Positions 27,382 through 39,702 of a DNA stretch of 49,006 nucleotides are shown here, piece after piece. The notes under the pieces are model-generated. The model saw only the letters and a list, made by a program, of their open reading frames with translations, did not search any database and was not told where the DNA came from. How positions within the stretch are numbered: the stretch's first letter is position 1; the number at the start of each line of letters is the position of its first letter. The stretch spans positions 1 through 49,006 of the forward strand of contig JAHBMJ010000380.1 in the NCBI GenBank assembly GCA_018398765.1, written 5' to 3'. Source of the DNA: Chromera velia. Lineage: Eukaryota. Made by a program: the position numbers and the translations under genes.

Positions 27382-30300
27382 AACAAAAACTCTTACTCTT
27401 TTCACGCTCTCTGAAGGGATCGAATGGCAAACTTCTCTTCATCAAAGGTCCTTGAGTGCATGCAAAGAAAAAAAGCAATTGAGAAACCCACCCACTGGCT
27501 GACTGACTGTCCCGTCCACCCAGGTCTAATTCCTCGAAGAGCTCATCGGCATCCACTTCATCATCAAGACCCAAACGAACAAGGGCAACCCGAACTTCAG
27601 CGCGATCAAAGACACCGTCCCTGTCTAAGTCGATCCTCTTGGCAACAGTAGCGAGGCTTCCCCACTTCCTAACCGCCTTCTCTCGGAACTTCTTCACGGC
27701 GCCGGACTTTTTATTTCGCAGAATCTCGGCAGGACAGCCGAGCAGTTCGCTCAGACTGATTGCTGCAAGCACAAGCCAGAAGGGAGAGAATCTAACTGAA
27801 CACAGGGAACAGGCAGAAAGAGAGTCGAGGACGAAAAGAACAGGGAGAGAAAAGATAGAGTCAGGGAACGCAGAAATAAATCTGACTCTGGCTTCGTCAG
27901 CCTTCCTCCCTGCCTGCCTGCCTGCCTGCCTGCACTGACTGACTGACTGACTGACTGACTGACTTCCGCTGTTGTCCTCATCAATTTCTTCGAAGAGTGC
28001 GCGCGCTTGCCGACCTCTCTCGAAACCCCAGCGAATGAGTGCAATTTCAAATTCCAGAAGTTCAATTTTTTTGTTCTCATTCAAGTCCATCACCTCAAAA
28101 GCCTTCACAAGAGATCCGTACATCCTGATTGCCCTCTTCCGAAATCTGTCTGCCAACTTTCTCTGCGCGATTCTTCCAGCATTGCCACCGGTTGCAGCAA
28201 TGGGAGCGGATTTGTCTCGACCTTCCGGACCAGCGTCGAGCATCACAGATTGCCTGTTTCTGCTCTTGCTGTTGCCATCGAAGTTGCTGCTGTCCGTGTC
28301 CTGCGAATCGCTGTCTGCGCCAGACGTCGAAGAAGCCTGTGGCGTACCGCCCAGGAGATCAGCCAGAGTGATCTCTGCATCCATCATTTAACACAGACAT
28401 CCATCGTCGTCAAAAATTATGCGTGCGATCAACAAGCACGGTGAACTCCTCAATCATCTCGAGAGCAGGTCTATCCATTCCCCCGACTACCCTACTCGAT
28501 CTGTCCCCCCTCCTGTGTTATAGCATTCCCGTGTCCTTGCTTACCGAACTCTGAGTCCAGCTGTTCGCTAATCTAGCTGACGGACTGATGGACTGACTGC
28601 TTGACCGCCTGACTAGCAGACTCACTTCCTTGTTCGTCCAGGTCTAGCTCCTCAAAGATTGCCTCGGCCTCCGCGCCCTCACTCCACAGGCCCAGTCGGT
28701 CAATCGCCACCTTCATTTCGGATCTGCTAAGAACGCCATCAAAGTTCGTGTCAAGAGCCCGAAAGGCTGTGTCGAGACTTCCCCACCTCCTCACTGCCGC
28801 TTGTCTAAAACGCACCACTGCCCCCGCACGTCTCTTTCGCTTTCTGAGGTTTTCTGGAGGGGAGCCGAACAGCTCCTCGAGACTGATCCCTGCATTCATT
28901 TACTCACGCACCGACGAATACCCTTTTTAAATACTCACTCACTCATAGACTGAACCACCCACTTACCTACTCACTCACTGACCCACCCACTTACTTGCTT
29001 ACTTACTGGCGCTCCTAAAGTCGCAGCTAGAAGAAAAACGAACGAAAGACCGAAAGAAAAAGACAGGAAGGAAGGAAAGAAGGAAAAGACGAAAGAAAAA
29101 AAAACGCAAACACTCAATGACTGCATGCATCGTGTTTTGGTTTGCACACCGCAACACAACAGAAACTAGTTGACTAATTGATTTCATGATCGACTTCTGC
29201 TGGACCAAGCTTATGATACGCTGACTAAGTCAATCGCTGATCCAAAAATACAGTGGCTGACCGACCAAACAGCCTGTTGCCTGCCTGCCTGGCGAACTCA
29301 CTAAAACGAACATCCATTGCTGACTGACTGCCGTTTCCATCTTTGTCAAGCTCTTTGAAGAGATCACGCGCCTCCTTCCCCGCAAGGTCGAGGCACCACA
29401 ACGCGATCTCCAGTTCCACTAGCTCAAGATGGTCATTCGAGTCTAGATTCATCATCTCGAAAGCTTTCACAAGAGAGCCGTACATTCCAATCGCACGTTG
29501 GCGAAATTCTTTCACAGAATTGGAGTCAACAGGAGGAACCCTCTGCTCTTTGTTTTCATCCTCTCCTCTTCTCCATTCCCCCTTTGCCCTTCTTGATGAA
29601 TCAGAAAGAGGCTCAGCTGCAACTGGCGATACACGAACAAGCGCAGGGTTCTGGGTTTCTACACTTCCCCTTTTCAGTCTGTGTGCCGTCTCTCTGTGAA
29701 GGGAAAGAGAGAGTGCCTGAGAATTTTTTTCGCGGTCCTCCTCCTCCATTTGCCGTCCGATTTCTTCTACCGACTTCAGGCCCTTTTGTCTCTCTCTATT
29801 CTTCCCCCTCTCCCTTTCTCTTTCCCTCTCGTTGAACCCTCCAAAGGCAAAACCTTCGAGAGACTGGAGCTTCGCGTCCTCCCACTCGCTTCGGATTCTT
29901 TCTTCTTCCTCTGCTTCCTTTTCAGAAGAGACTTCTTCTCCGACGTGAGAGACAAAGAGACGGGGGGGCATGGAGAGGGCCTGTACGAGACGGCATGTTC
30001 GGATAGTTGGAATTTCCTTCAGAGGTCGGGGCAACACCTCGACTGTCTTCTGGTTTAATTCCTCCGGATACAAAAAAGTTGGGCCTAAAGTCCCCCACAA
30101 CACCTCAGATTGTTCATCTGTAAGGTTCCCGTGGACCAAAAGAAGGAGACGGACAACGTCTCGGTAACACAGACGGGTGGGATACTTTCCTGCCCCCCCA
30201 TCTCTGACCCTCTCCTTCCTGAAACTAGGATGCCCCTCCAATTCCATCAACAACCCGATCGGCCCTCTCTGATATCGTTCGACCACGCGGGCTGCCAGAC

Positions 30301-32300
30301 ACGTGAACGCTCTCTCGGCCCATCGGTAGCTTCGCTGGACTCTACCTCCTACCTCAACCCCCCCCTTTCCCCCTGCCAGGACACTCGGCCTCGGTCCTGC
30401 TCTGGCATCTCTCCCCCCCCCGAATCCTAGAGCTTCTTCTACATCTTCCAGACACACCAACCGACTCTCCCCCTGAGTCTCCCCCTCTCCCCTTCTCTCA
30501 TCTAAAGGTTTTCCCAGAGTCAGTTGCGATAGAAGAAGAAGCGTGCGGATGTCAGAGGGCACTTTCAGATCAGAGAGTGCAGCTGCCAGATGCTCTAATG
30601 GCAGCAGATCATCCGCATTCGTGTCGTAAAGGGAGACGAAGTCCGACAGACACAATCCTTGCCGACCCAGAGTCTTCTGCAGTCGCTCATCCAGAACATT
30701 CCGGAGCATGACCAAATGAGGCAACCGCTGTCCACCCTCTGTCTCCCCTGCTGGCGGCATAAATCGTCTGAGCAATGCAAGATAGTCGATCCAAACCACG
30801 CCCCCCCCTCTCTCCATCTCTACTGCGTGTTCCTTTGCATACTCAACCAAGACTTCTTCCCTCAAACGAGACATATAGGGGTCAAGAAACCGGACTGCCT
30901 GGAGAAAAGAGGGAATGGAGACCACACCCCTCTGCGCCCCATGAGGGGCCTCTGCTCTTCTGAAGGATTCATGCAAAGAGATCCCCAAAGCCTCTGCACG
31001 AGACACCAAGTGCATCAGAGTCTCGCCACAGAAAACCACAGGGTGTTTATTTATATTTTCACTCTCTTCCCGTCTCCTCTGTACATCCTCATGTTTCCAC
31101 CCTTTCCTCCACACAGCCATCTCCTCCTTCTTCTCCAACAACCCAGCCAAACGAGTCTGAAGCTCCTCCAGAGGGAGCGCGGGGCTGGGGGCTCTCCTTC
31201 CCCAGCAGTGCAGAGGGAGCTGGAGACATAGGGTCTTGCAGGGCTTCAGAGACTCGAGGGTCGGCAGGAAGGCCTCGCCCACCTGCATGCATGCATGCGG
31301 TCGTTCCACACGCAGAGCACAAATTCAGACGAAAAGCAAGATTGAACGAGAAAATCTGCTCATGGGACATGCTTAGTGTGGGGCCACGTGTGTTTTGAGA
31401 TTTCATTCGTACGAGAGTCTGCCTTTTTCGGGACACACGGGCCGTCAGAACAAGGCGCATAGACCCGAAGGCCTCAAACACGTTGCCAGAAGAATTGCCA
31501 ACGGAGGGGAGAAAGTCATACATGCGCATGCAAGGTGCTTTCAATGCAGAAACTGGAGCCAGATACGTATCCGAATTGTTTCTGTTGATTCTTTCCATAC
31601 ATTCAAGTTCAAAAGGAAACCCCCGCACGAGAAAACGATGAGAGTAGCGGCGAGCACAGTGATGACCCACCAGGCTGAGATTCTCGTTGTATTCGTCGAT
31701 CCAGAAAACCTGAAGGACAATTCTGGGCATCTGCATGGAGTGCATTGACGGCATCATGCAGTGTTGGGAGGGGTAACTGTGAATTCACAGCGCAAGGTTT
31801 CGTTCTGGAAATCCAAATTGAAAAATCCTGTCTGTGGAAGCTGCACGGAGCGATTGATGGTCACGGTGCAGCCCTCGGAAAGAAATTGACCTCTGTCTTT
31901 CCGGATGACTGTTGCGCGGAGGGCGCAACGTGTGCACAGCAGACTCTGCCCTCTCTGAAAGCCTCCAACATTGTGGGAACAGTTTAAAGGGATCTGGGAG
32001 CACGAGAATTTACGGAGACCTACGCTTCACTGTCCCGCACAGACGTACATCGTTGCTGGAATGACAGTCAGAGGTATATATGCTCCAGCTCTGGAATGAA
32101 GCTTCAATGCATGTGCGAGTGGAAGCTTCCGGAATCCTTTTCAGGCTAGCTTTTGCCTGACCTTCTTTTTGCGACGGTGCCCCGCATGGATGCATGTGGT
32201 CGCGGACCTGCGGAAAGGAACGATATAGGAACGATGCATATATCGCCTCGGGGGGCAGCTCAGCTCTGCTGAGATCAGCCGAGAGGCCCTGAGATCGCAC
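22940..32300 (-). CDS. Large multi-exon EF-hand calcium-binding protein
   Basis: Well-supported exons 31282-29329, 28889-28626, 28374-27964, 27762-27508 and one starting at 27243 splice in frame. They encode paired EF-hand loops such as DKDGNGRISLEE, DTNFDGVLSRSE, DLNENKKIELLE, DEDNSGTISLSE and DLDRDGVFDRAE. Further exon-like segments with splice signals lie near 26545-26676, 25107-25202, 24650-24880, 23770-23990, 23275-23580 and 22940-23043, and upstream at 31400-32300. Both gene ends are approximate. Confidence 0.75.
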
Positions 32301-33217
32301 GCACTCGCATAACGCATTTTTTCATTTTTGAGGGGGGGATCGGTTCTGTCTCCGTCACGGTCGGTGTCGCCCGAGTTTCAAAATGTGCCCCTCAAGCAAC
32401 TCGCACGGAGCCGCGATCGCACATGCCTGAATTACTTTGCGCATGCGTGCCCCTCAAGTAACTCGCACGGATCGAGTTGCACATGCATACGACGCGCGCG
32501 CGGTCCCGAAAAGCATACTTCGCTGCCGTGGCCCCCGCCCCATGGCAGCACACAACTTAGACATGCCCAAGCCCCCGATGGTGTGCATCAATTAGCGGAC
32601 CCCTAAATAGCCCGCCGAGGCACTCACCCAACTGGTTGGGTGTATCCCGTATATATATATGCCTATACAGTTAATCCGCATATAGGCACCTCTCAGTGCA
32701 CATGCATGACCTAGCTCTGCCGCGCGGGGCAAACGGGCCGAGATCGCGACGAGACAGGTGTTGTCCAACAAATTGTTCAACGTTGTTCAATGTGTGTCGA
32801 CATTGATCGACATTGTGTCGACGTCCACTTTTTCCGACCTCATGGCCGTCTACGAGCCCGGAAAATCACGAAAACTGCAGACGTACTGCAGACCTCGGTA
32901 CGATTCCGCTGTCACATGAGGGATCATGCACTGCAAGATGGAGGAACATCTACGCTTGTTGCAAGTTCAGATATATATGTCCTACTTGAACTCATTTCTG
33001 CGTGTTCTGTGCTCAACAACGAATTGGATCATGCTGGGGATCGACACGTAGACGGTGCTTTCGGTCGTTGCTTTGCAGAATTCCTTGGAGAGATTTAGTG
33101 AGTCCCTCTTTTTGGTGCAGCAGCGGAGGCAGCCAAAGCGTGGGCATTCACGTATATAACTCTTCGGGCAAGGATCCAGTTCCTCATTGATTCGGTCCAT
33201 TGAATCATTCAGGCCAG

Positions 33218-35748
33218 ATGGCGGCAACAGAAGCCGGCACCCTCCTGAGCGTGCAAGCAGATGTTCAGACCGCACAAACGACGACAGGACCCCCACCGGA
33301 GGCCGCCACGACTTTCCTCAGGCGCTCATCAGAGCAGACAGCAGGACCCTCACGGGTGTACACTCGGCTGACAGTCCACTTCTGGCTTTTTCTCTGTCTG
33401 GCTGCTTTTGCTCTTCTTCTTCGTTTACGTTCCTGGTACATTCACAGGAGGAAGGGGGGAGTACAACGAGAAGACTCAGCGCTCCAGACGTTCCGGCAAA
33501 AGTTTTTGGCCGTCTACCTCGCAGCTGTCACTTCTGACTGGTCAGCTCTCGAAGACGTGCGCTGTCTGTCGGTCTAGCTCGTCAGTCTGCGTATCGGTCT
33601 GCCTGTCTGTCCGTCTGTCCATGCGTCTGGTTACCAAGTTTTTTTCTGCCAGTCTGCATGTCCGTCCGTCTATTTACCCCTTCGTCTCTGCGCCCATCTC
33701 TTAATGTGCCTGTCTGCTTGCCTGTAGGTTACAGGGTCCGTATATGTACCAGCTGTACAGAGAGTATGGTTTCGGAAAGGGCGCAATCGGTGTGCTCTTG
33801 GTAGCTGGATACTTCTCGGCAGCTGTCGGTCTCTGCATTCTCCTTTCTTTCTTCTTCACTGCTCCTTTTTTGTGTGTGTTCTTTGTTTGGATCCGTCCTT
33901 ATCCTTCATCTCCTGCTGAAGCCTTTCTTGCCCCCTTGCGTCTGCACCACTTATCCTCTTTGGTCACACTGTTTCACTCCCCTTCCTTCGCTCCCGGTTT
34001 TCCCCTGCCGCGACGTGTCTCTCCTCATAGCGTAATCATCGTCGTCTGTGCGTTTGTCCAAATGCCCGTAGTTTCCGGTTTTATGTGCAATTCTGCCCTG
34101 CCTTATGCTTGAGTGCGGCAGATAAGTGGAGTGGTCGTGGGTTCCTTTGCTGACGCGTTCGGACGCCGCCTCTCTTGTCTCGTTTACTGTATTGCTTACG
34201 GAGTCTCCTGCCTGGTCAAGCACTCCTCGCGGTTTGCGATGCTCTTTGTTGGTCGGGTGCTGGGTGGCATCGCGACCGCTCTTTTGTTCAGCGTCTTCGA
34301 TGCGTGGCTGGTGACTGAACACAAGTCAGCCAGCCTTGCACCATATTCCTTCGCTTGTTTGGAGTGACATTGCGCTAGTACCTTCGTGATAAAATGAGCA
34401 GCCCAGAGTCCCTACGATGAATTTCCTCGGGAGGCTGTCTTGAATCAAGTGTTGGTCAGTGACTGTGACTTGGTGGAGAAAAAAGGAAGCGACGGATAGG
34501 GAAAGTGGGTAGTAGGTGTGCAGGCAAAAAGGAGAGAGAATCGCACGGGGGAGGCACATTTGTTGCGGGGCGCCAAATCAAGGTGCACAACGATCTTCCA
34601 TCGCGTTCCCTAGACTCATTTCTGTTTCTACAGCCGTCTGTGTGTGTGTGTGTGTGTGTGTATTTCCATTTGAATGGAATCGATCGATGCGCAGACGGAA
34701 AGGGTTTGACGACAAAAGCCTCGGCGAGACTTTCCAGAGTGCCAACGAGTGCAGTGCTCTGAGTGCGGTGGTGTCGGGTCTGTTTGCGGCCATCGTGGTG
34801 GAATCCGGAGGGGCCGTCAGCGCTTTCGATTTGGCCTTTGCGTTCCTGGTCCTCACAGCTGTGCTTCTGCTGGCTCTCTGGTGAGTCACAGAAATTGAAC
34901 AGGCGCAGAGTCAGAACTGCCCATCTAGTCAAAGAGAGAGACTCGGTGCTGAAATCGAAAAGGACGTGAGGGGAGGCATCAGATTCGTGGAACGAGAAGG
35001 AGAGTAAGGAGGGAAAGGAAGACTGTGCTTCCCATTTTTGGTGATTTCAATCCTTTTGGTAATTACACATGTCACTCATCTTCTTTTGTTTTTTAATCCT
35101 GAATTCCATTCAGCCCCTCATCCACTGTTCGTTCTCTTCGCACAATCATTTTTTTGTTTTGTTTCAGGGAAGAGAACTACGGGAGAAGTCCCACAGCGGC
35201 AAAGAGACGGTTGAGTGGCCTTTTTGAGAAGAGCACGTCGTCGTTAGATGACGACACCAAGAGGCAGAAGGAGAAGAGGGAAGGGGGTGACTGGGCCGAG
35301 ACCGGAGCTCTCCTTCGAGAGGGCCTCCGTCTGATGTGGACGCGCTCGGATGTAGCCTCATGCGGGGTGATGCAGGTAGGTGCGTCAATTAACGTTTTTT
35401 TTTTTTTCTGTCTGCACGTCTGCTTGGCTGGAGGGACAACAGGGAGATGAGGGAAAGTATGCAACGCTTTTTTGTATTATTGATGATACCTGGTCCTCTC
35501 TGTTTTTCTCCATCCGCCCCCCATCTTTTCGATATAGTGAGAAACACCCAGCCTCCCCGTAATTGTTTTTTACCAGAAAGACCCTTTGGAAAACAATCCC
35601 TCTGGAATACAGGAAGGAATTTGCTGGAATGACTGCGATCGTCAGTCTTGATATCTTCCGTCGTCGGTCTCTCTTCAAATGGAAGAAACGAAGAAGGGCA
35701 ATTCCTCGACAGGCCTGGATTGGCGTCGCTGTCGGTTTTCATTCTTCT

Positions 35749-35796
<48 letters not shown>

Positions 35797-37708
35797 TCAC
35801 AGAAAGACACTGACGTTGAATTAATTTTTTTCTCCATTGCAGAGTTGCTTTGAGGGTGCGATGTACACGTTCGTGTTTGCATGGACCCCTGCCCTTCCTC
35901 CGAGTGTGAACCATGGGATGATGTTTGCGTGCTTCATGACGGCCTCAATGCTCGGGGGTTTTGCGTACGAAGAGGTGGGTTTTCTGCGACTGTGCGTGCA
36001 GACAGGCGGGAGAAGGAGGGAGAGAAGGAAACACAGAGATTACCTGTGGAGGGAGACGCGGCCCATTTGATTGTTCTTTTGTCTTTCCTCTTTTTCCTTC
36101 GGTAGTTCCATTTCATCCTCCCTTCCATCTGTGAATGACGGGACCCATCTAAGTTTGTGGTGGTGGCTCTTTCCTCCTCGTTTAACTCGATGGAAGTGTT
36201 CAGCTTCAATGTGTAAAGAATTGTTTGCGCGATAAATCGATGATGTTGCAAGCAGCTTCGATGTCTCGCTTTGTCCCTATGACGGTCCTTCTGGCTCTCC
36301 CTTTGTTGTCACGCATGCTTGTGAGTATTCCTCTTTTGATTGTGTGTAAGTGTCTCTGCTTTGCACGACCGTGCATACAGTTGCGCCGTTTGGAGTTTCT
36401 TCCCGTAACGGTCCTCCATCTGCTTTTTGGGTCTTCCTCTATCGCTCTGTTGCTGCCTGCTCTCTCCGGATCCCCCTCCATCCGGACATTCGCTTTTTTG
36501 ATCTTTGAGGTCAGGAAAGGGGTGTGTTTGCTTGAGGGTCCGTGTCAGTCACTGGAAGTTTCATGTCTTTCCACGCCTTTCCGCATCACTCAGCTTGGTG
36601 TCCATGCTGCGAGCTAGCTTTTGATCACCCTAGTGCCTGCCGTTTCGTCATCAAGCAACCTTATGCACTCACGTGACCGACCACATTGCTTCTTTCTGCC
36701 TACAGTGCATGCAGGCTTCTTTCTTTCTGCAAAAACACAAAGAATGAATCCCTTTGCCGCTCTTGAATATGCCTCCTCACCGGCCCCCCTCGAATGTTTT
36801 CCGGCATGAGAGGATGGAAAGAGCCGGGTTTTTTTTCTTTCGAGCGTGAATTTTCTTCGATTGAGATCTGTCTCTCTCGCACTGCACCCGTCTGGCTCTC
36901 GATACTTGCAGGTTGCGTGCGGGTGCTACTTCTGTGCGTTCTCTGTGGTGAGGGCCGGTGCGGTGCCCGATACAGCCCGTGCCACCGTGCTGACTTTGCT
37001 TCGCGTCCCTGTCAACATTCTCGTTGTGGCCACTTGCCACGTGAGCGCGGTGTGGGGGGAGGAGTCGGTTTTTGCCATCTGCTCTTTGCTCCAGGTGGGT
37101 CGCTTCGATTATCCGGGACAGGAAGGCAGGAGAATGAAGAAAAACTTTCCTTCCGTTCAGCCCCATTGACAGTTCGATCGATCTGATTTCTCTACAGATC
37201 GCAAGAAGGGACGAGAGGGGTCCTCGTCGGGGAGAAAGAGATCAAGACCGTCTGCATGGGCGGGGAGAGGCTTGATGTGAAGAGAAAATCAAATGGGGTT
37301 CAGATGACACCGACTTGATGGACTTGAAAAATGGCCACCCATTTCGATAAGAAAAAAACAGCGGGACCGAAACAATTTCCTCAGTCCGTCAAGGCACTTT
37401 CGGAATCTCTCTATTCACCCATTTGCGTGACTCACCGATCACTCTGTTGTTTGCAGTTTTTTGCCCTCTTCGCCTCTCTGAGGGTGCGACCTCTTCTGAC
37501 CCTATCAGGAGAGAAGGGAATCGAGGCGAAGAAGAAGAGAGACGTCAGTCCTGTGGGACCAAACGCGCCACCCGTGTCGTCTTTGGTGAGTCCCTGTCGC
37601 CTTGTGCCGGTCTGCCTGCCTGTGTGTGATGTGACTGCAGTGATCCCGTCTCGTCTGACCGCTTGGCTGTCTGACCGTCCGCATCTCTTTCTGACAGACT
37701 CCCTCTAG
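33218..37708 (+). CDS. MFSD5: Molybdate-anion transporter, MFS_5 / MFSD5 / MOT2 family
   Basis: Exons 33218-33540, 33728-33824, 34122-34324, 34695-34880, 35168-35375, 35843-35974, 36381-36509, 36912-37094 and 37457-~37708 are GT-AG and phase-consistent. Family signatures are DWLQGPYMYQLYREYG, GSFADAFGRR, GRVLGGIATALLFSVFDAWLVTEH, WEENYG, SCFEGAMYTFVFAWTP and RVPVN. The last exon boundary is uncertain. Confidence 0.92.
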
Positions 37709-39702
37709 CTGCCTCTGACATCCGATAGAGCGAAAGTATCAAGAGAAACGGACCGCAGAATGGGGAAGCGAAGAATCCGACAGAAGCACATGAGAAGATA
37801 CCTATCTTTTGAGCCGCGACGTTTTTTTTCTTTCAATGTTCTATCCTCTATCCCCGACCATTTCCTTTATGGTGTTCTCTGTCTTCGTCTCTCGGTCGTC
37901 TCTCTGCTTAACACTCCCAGACCGCCTTGGTGGTTCCCTCCTCTCGTTTCTTCTATCTCAATTGAGCTTGAATCACTCCATTGCGACTGCATCATCTTCC
38001 TTTCTGCCGTTCACACTGTAAAAGTGAATGGAGACTTGAGAGAGGAAGAAGCTGGAAAGTGAATCTTGGCGATCGGACCCTGTGATTACACAGCATACAT
38101 CTGTGCACACAAATACACGCGGAGCCTGAACGAACACATGAATGGAAAGCAGGGCCGTCAACCACGAACAACGAAGGAACTTCTCGGGGAGATGCTGGAG
38201 GTCCCTGTCCATCACGTGCAGCAGCCAGCAGTGAGGAAGGTCGGTCAAAAGTCATGCAAGGAAACTTAATTCCAGGATGAGTGCAAACGAAGAAAAAGAA
38301 AAATCGAAGCACCCTTCTTTTGTCGTTCCGGTGTTTTCGCATGGCGTTCTCAATTCGTTCGGTGGTTCGGTCCTTCATCAATTTCTCTGTCAACCCATTC
38401 GTTCATCTTTTTATTGATATTTAGTTGAAGTCCGTACGTCTGCCAAGTCTCTCCCCATCATTTATCTACACATGCATGCTTTCTTTTTCTGGATTTGTTT
38501 ACCTATTAAATCGTCCATAACTTTATGCATACGTTCTCTGACTCGTCTATTAGATGATTTACTGAGTGACATACGTACATATCATTTTTTTGGTCTGTAC
38601 GGTGGCTGTCTGCAGCTGTCGTCAGGAAGCGAGCTGAGTAACTGACGGGTGCAGATAGGTCCAGCACAATGAACAGTGGATATACAATTTCATGTAAAGA
38701 ATTAAAGACTCCTGTGCATGCATGGTCTGAACTAGGTTTTGAATCTGATTTTCAGTAATTTTCATGTATTTTCATGTATAAAAGTCAAACCAATGATGTT
38801 ACTAATCAGTGGGCCGGCCCTGGAAACAATTATGCAACATATCTATATTTTTTAATTTTTTAAAGACATAATTCCAGTTCTAGGTATTAGGCGACCTAAA
38901 CTACCACATAAAAGTTTAAGCCGCATTTTGAGATAAGCTTAAAAGTCTGCGCCGCAGACATGGATTCAAAGTTAAAGCCGTATATCTGGACGGTGTTTTG
39001 ACCGTCTATAACGTAAGTGTGAATGGTCTCTTAAAAAACGATGCGCCGTAGATAGAGATCATCTTGATTATATTTTTTTAAGTGGTAGTACTTAGGTTCA
39101 GAAAGGTTTATTCCATCTGATAACTTTGACTAATATTTTGTATAGTGACTCATCGGCTAAAATATCAACAAAACATGTCGGGGCTGAAAAAAATTAAGAC
39201 AAAATTAGACAAAATAGATTGAAAACTAACTATATCACTACCTATAGCTTTGCCCTGCCCGCCAGCCTGCCAGCCTCGCATGCAGGGCCCACGCGCACTC
39301 TCAGAAAATCCATCTGAGAACTTTTTTAGACTTGTATGATCGATGATCGAAATTAAGTTAATTGATTGCGAAAAGTCTCAAATTTGTGCCAGGCAAGTTT
39401 GTGCTTCTTGTGCGCAAAAGGCGCGAAACTAGGAGAAAAATAGTAGCTCTTGCAATTGAGTGCATGGTCCATGTGTTGCAGGATTGCATGCGTGCATGTC
39501 CATGCAAACATATATCCAAACCGGGCCTGCCCTCCTCCTGGCAGCTTCTGACTCTTCAAAGAAATCGTTTGAATCCACCGTCCTTCTGACACTACCTTCC
39601 ATCTGATTCAATGTGTCTGGACCTCAAAGCCTCGAAGGCGCGTGTGCGTGTTCCATCTTCTGTCTAAGCAACAACGCGGCAACGCGCACTGGTTTGAAAA
39701 AG

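Noticed and set aside
26843..28387. 514-aa ORF as a single exon
   Set aside because: It reads through two introns containing (GTCA)n, (GCAG)n and (TG)n repeats. The spliced model restores intact EF-hand loops.
38812..38822. GGCCGGCCCTG as a hAT right terminus
   Set aside because: I found no convincing matching left TIR or target-site duplication.
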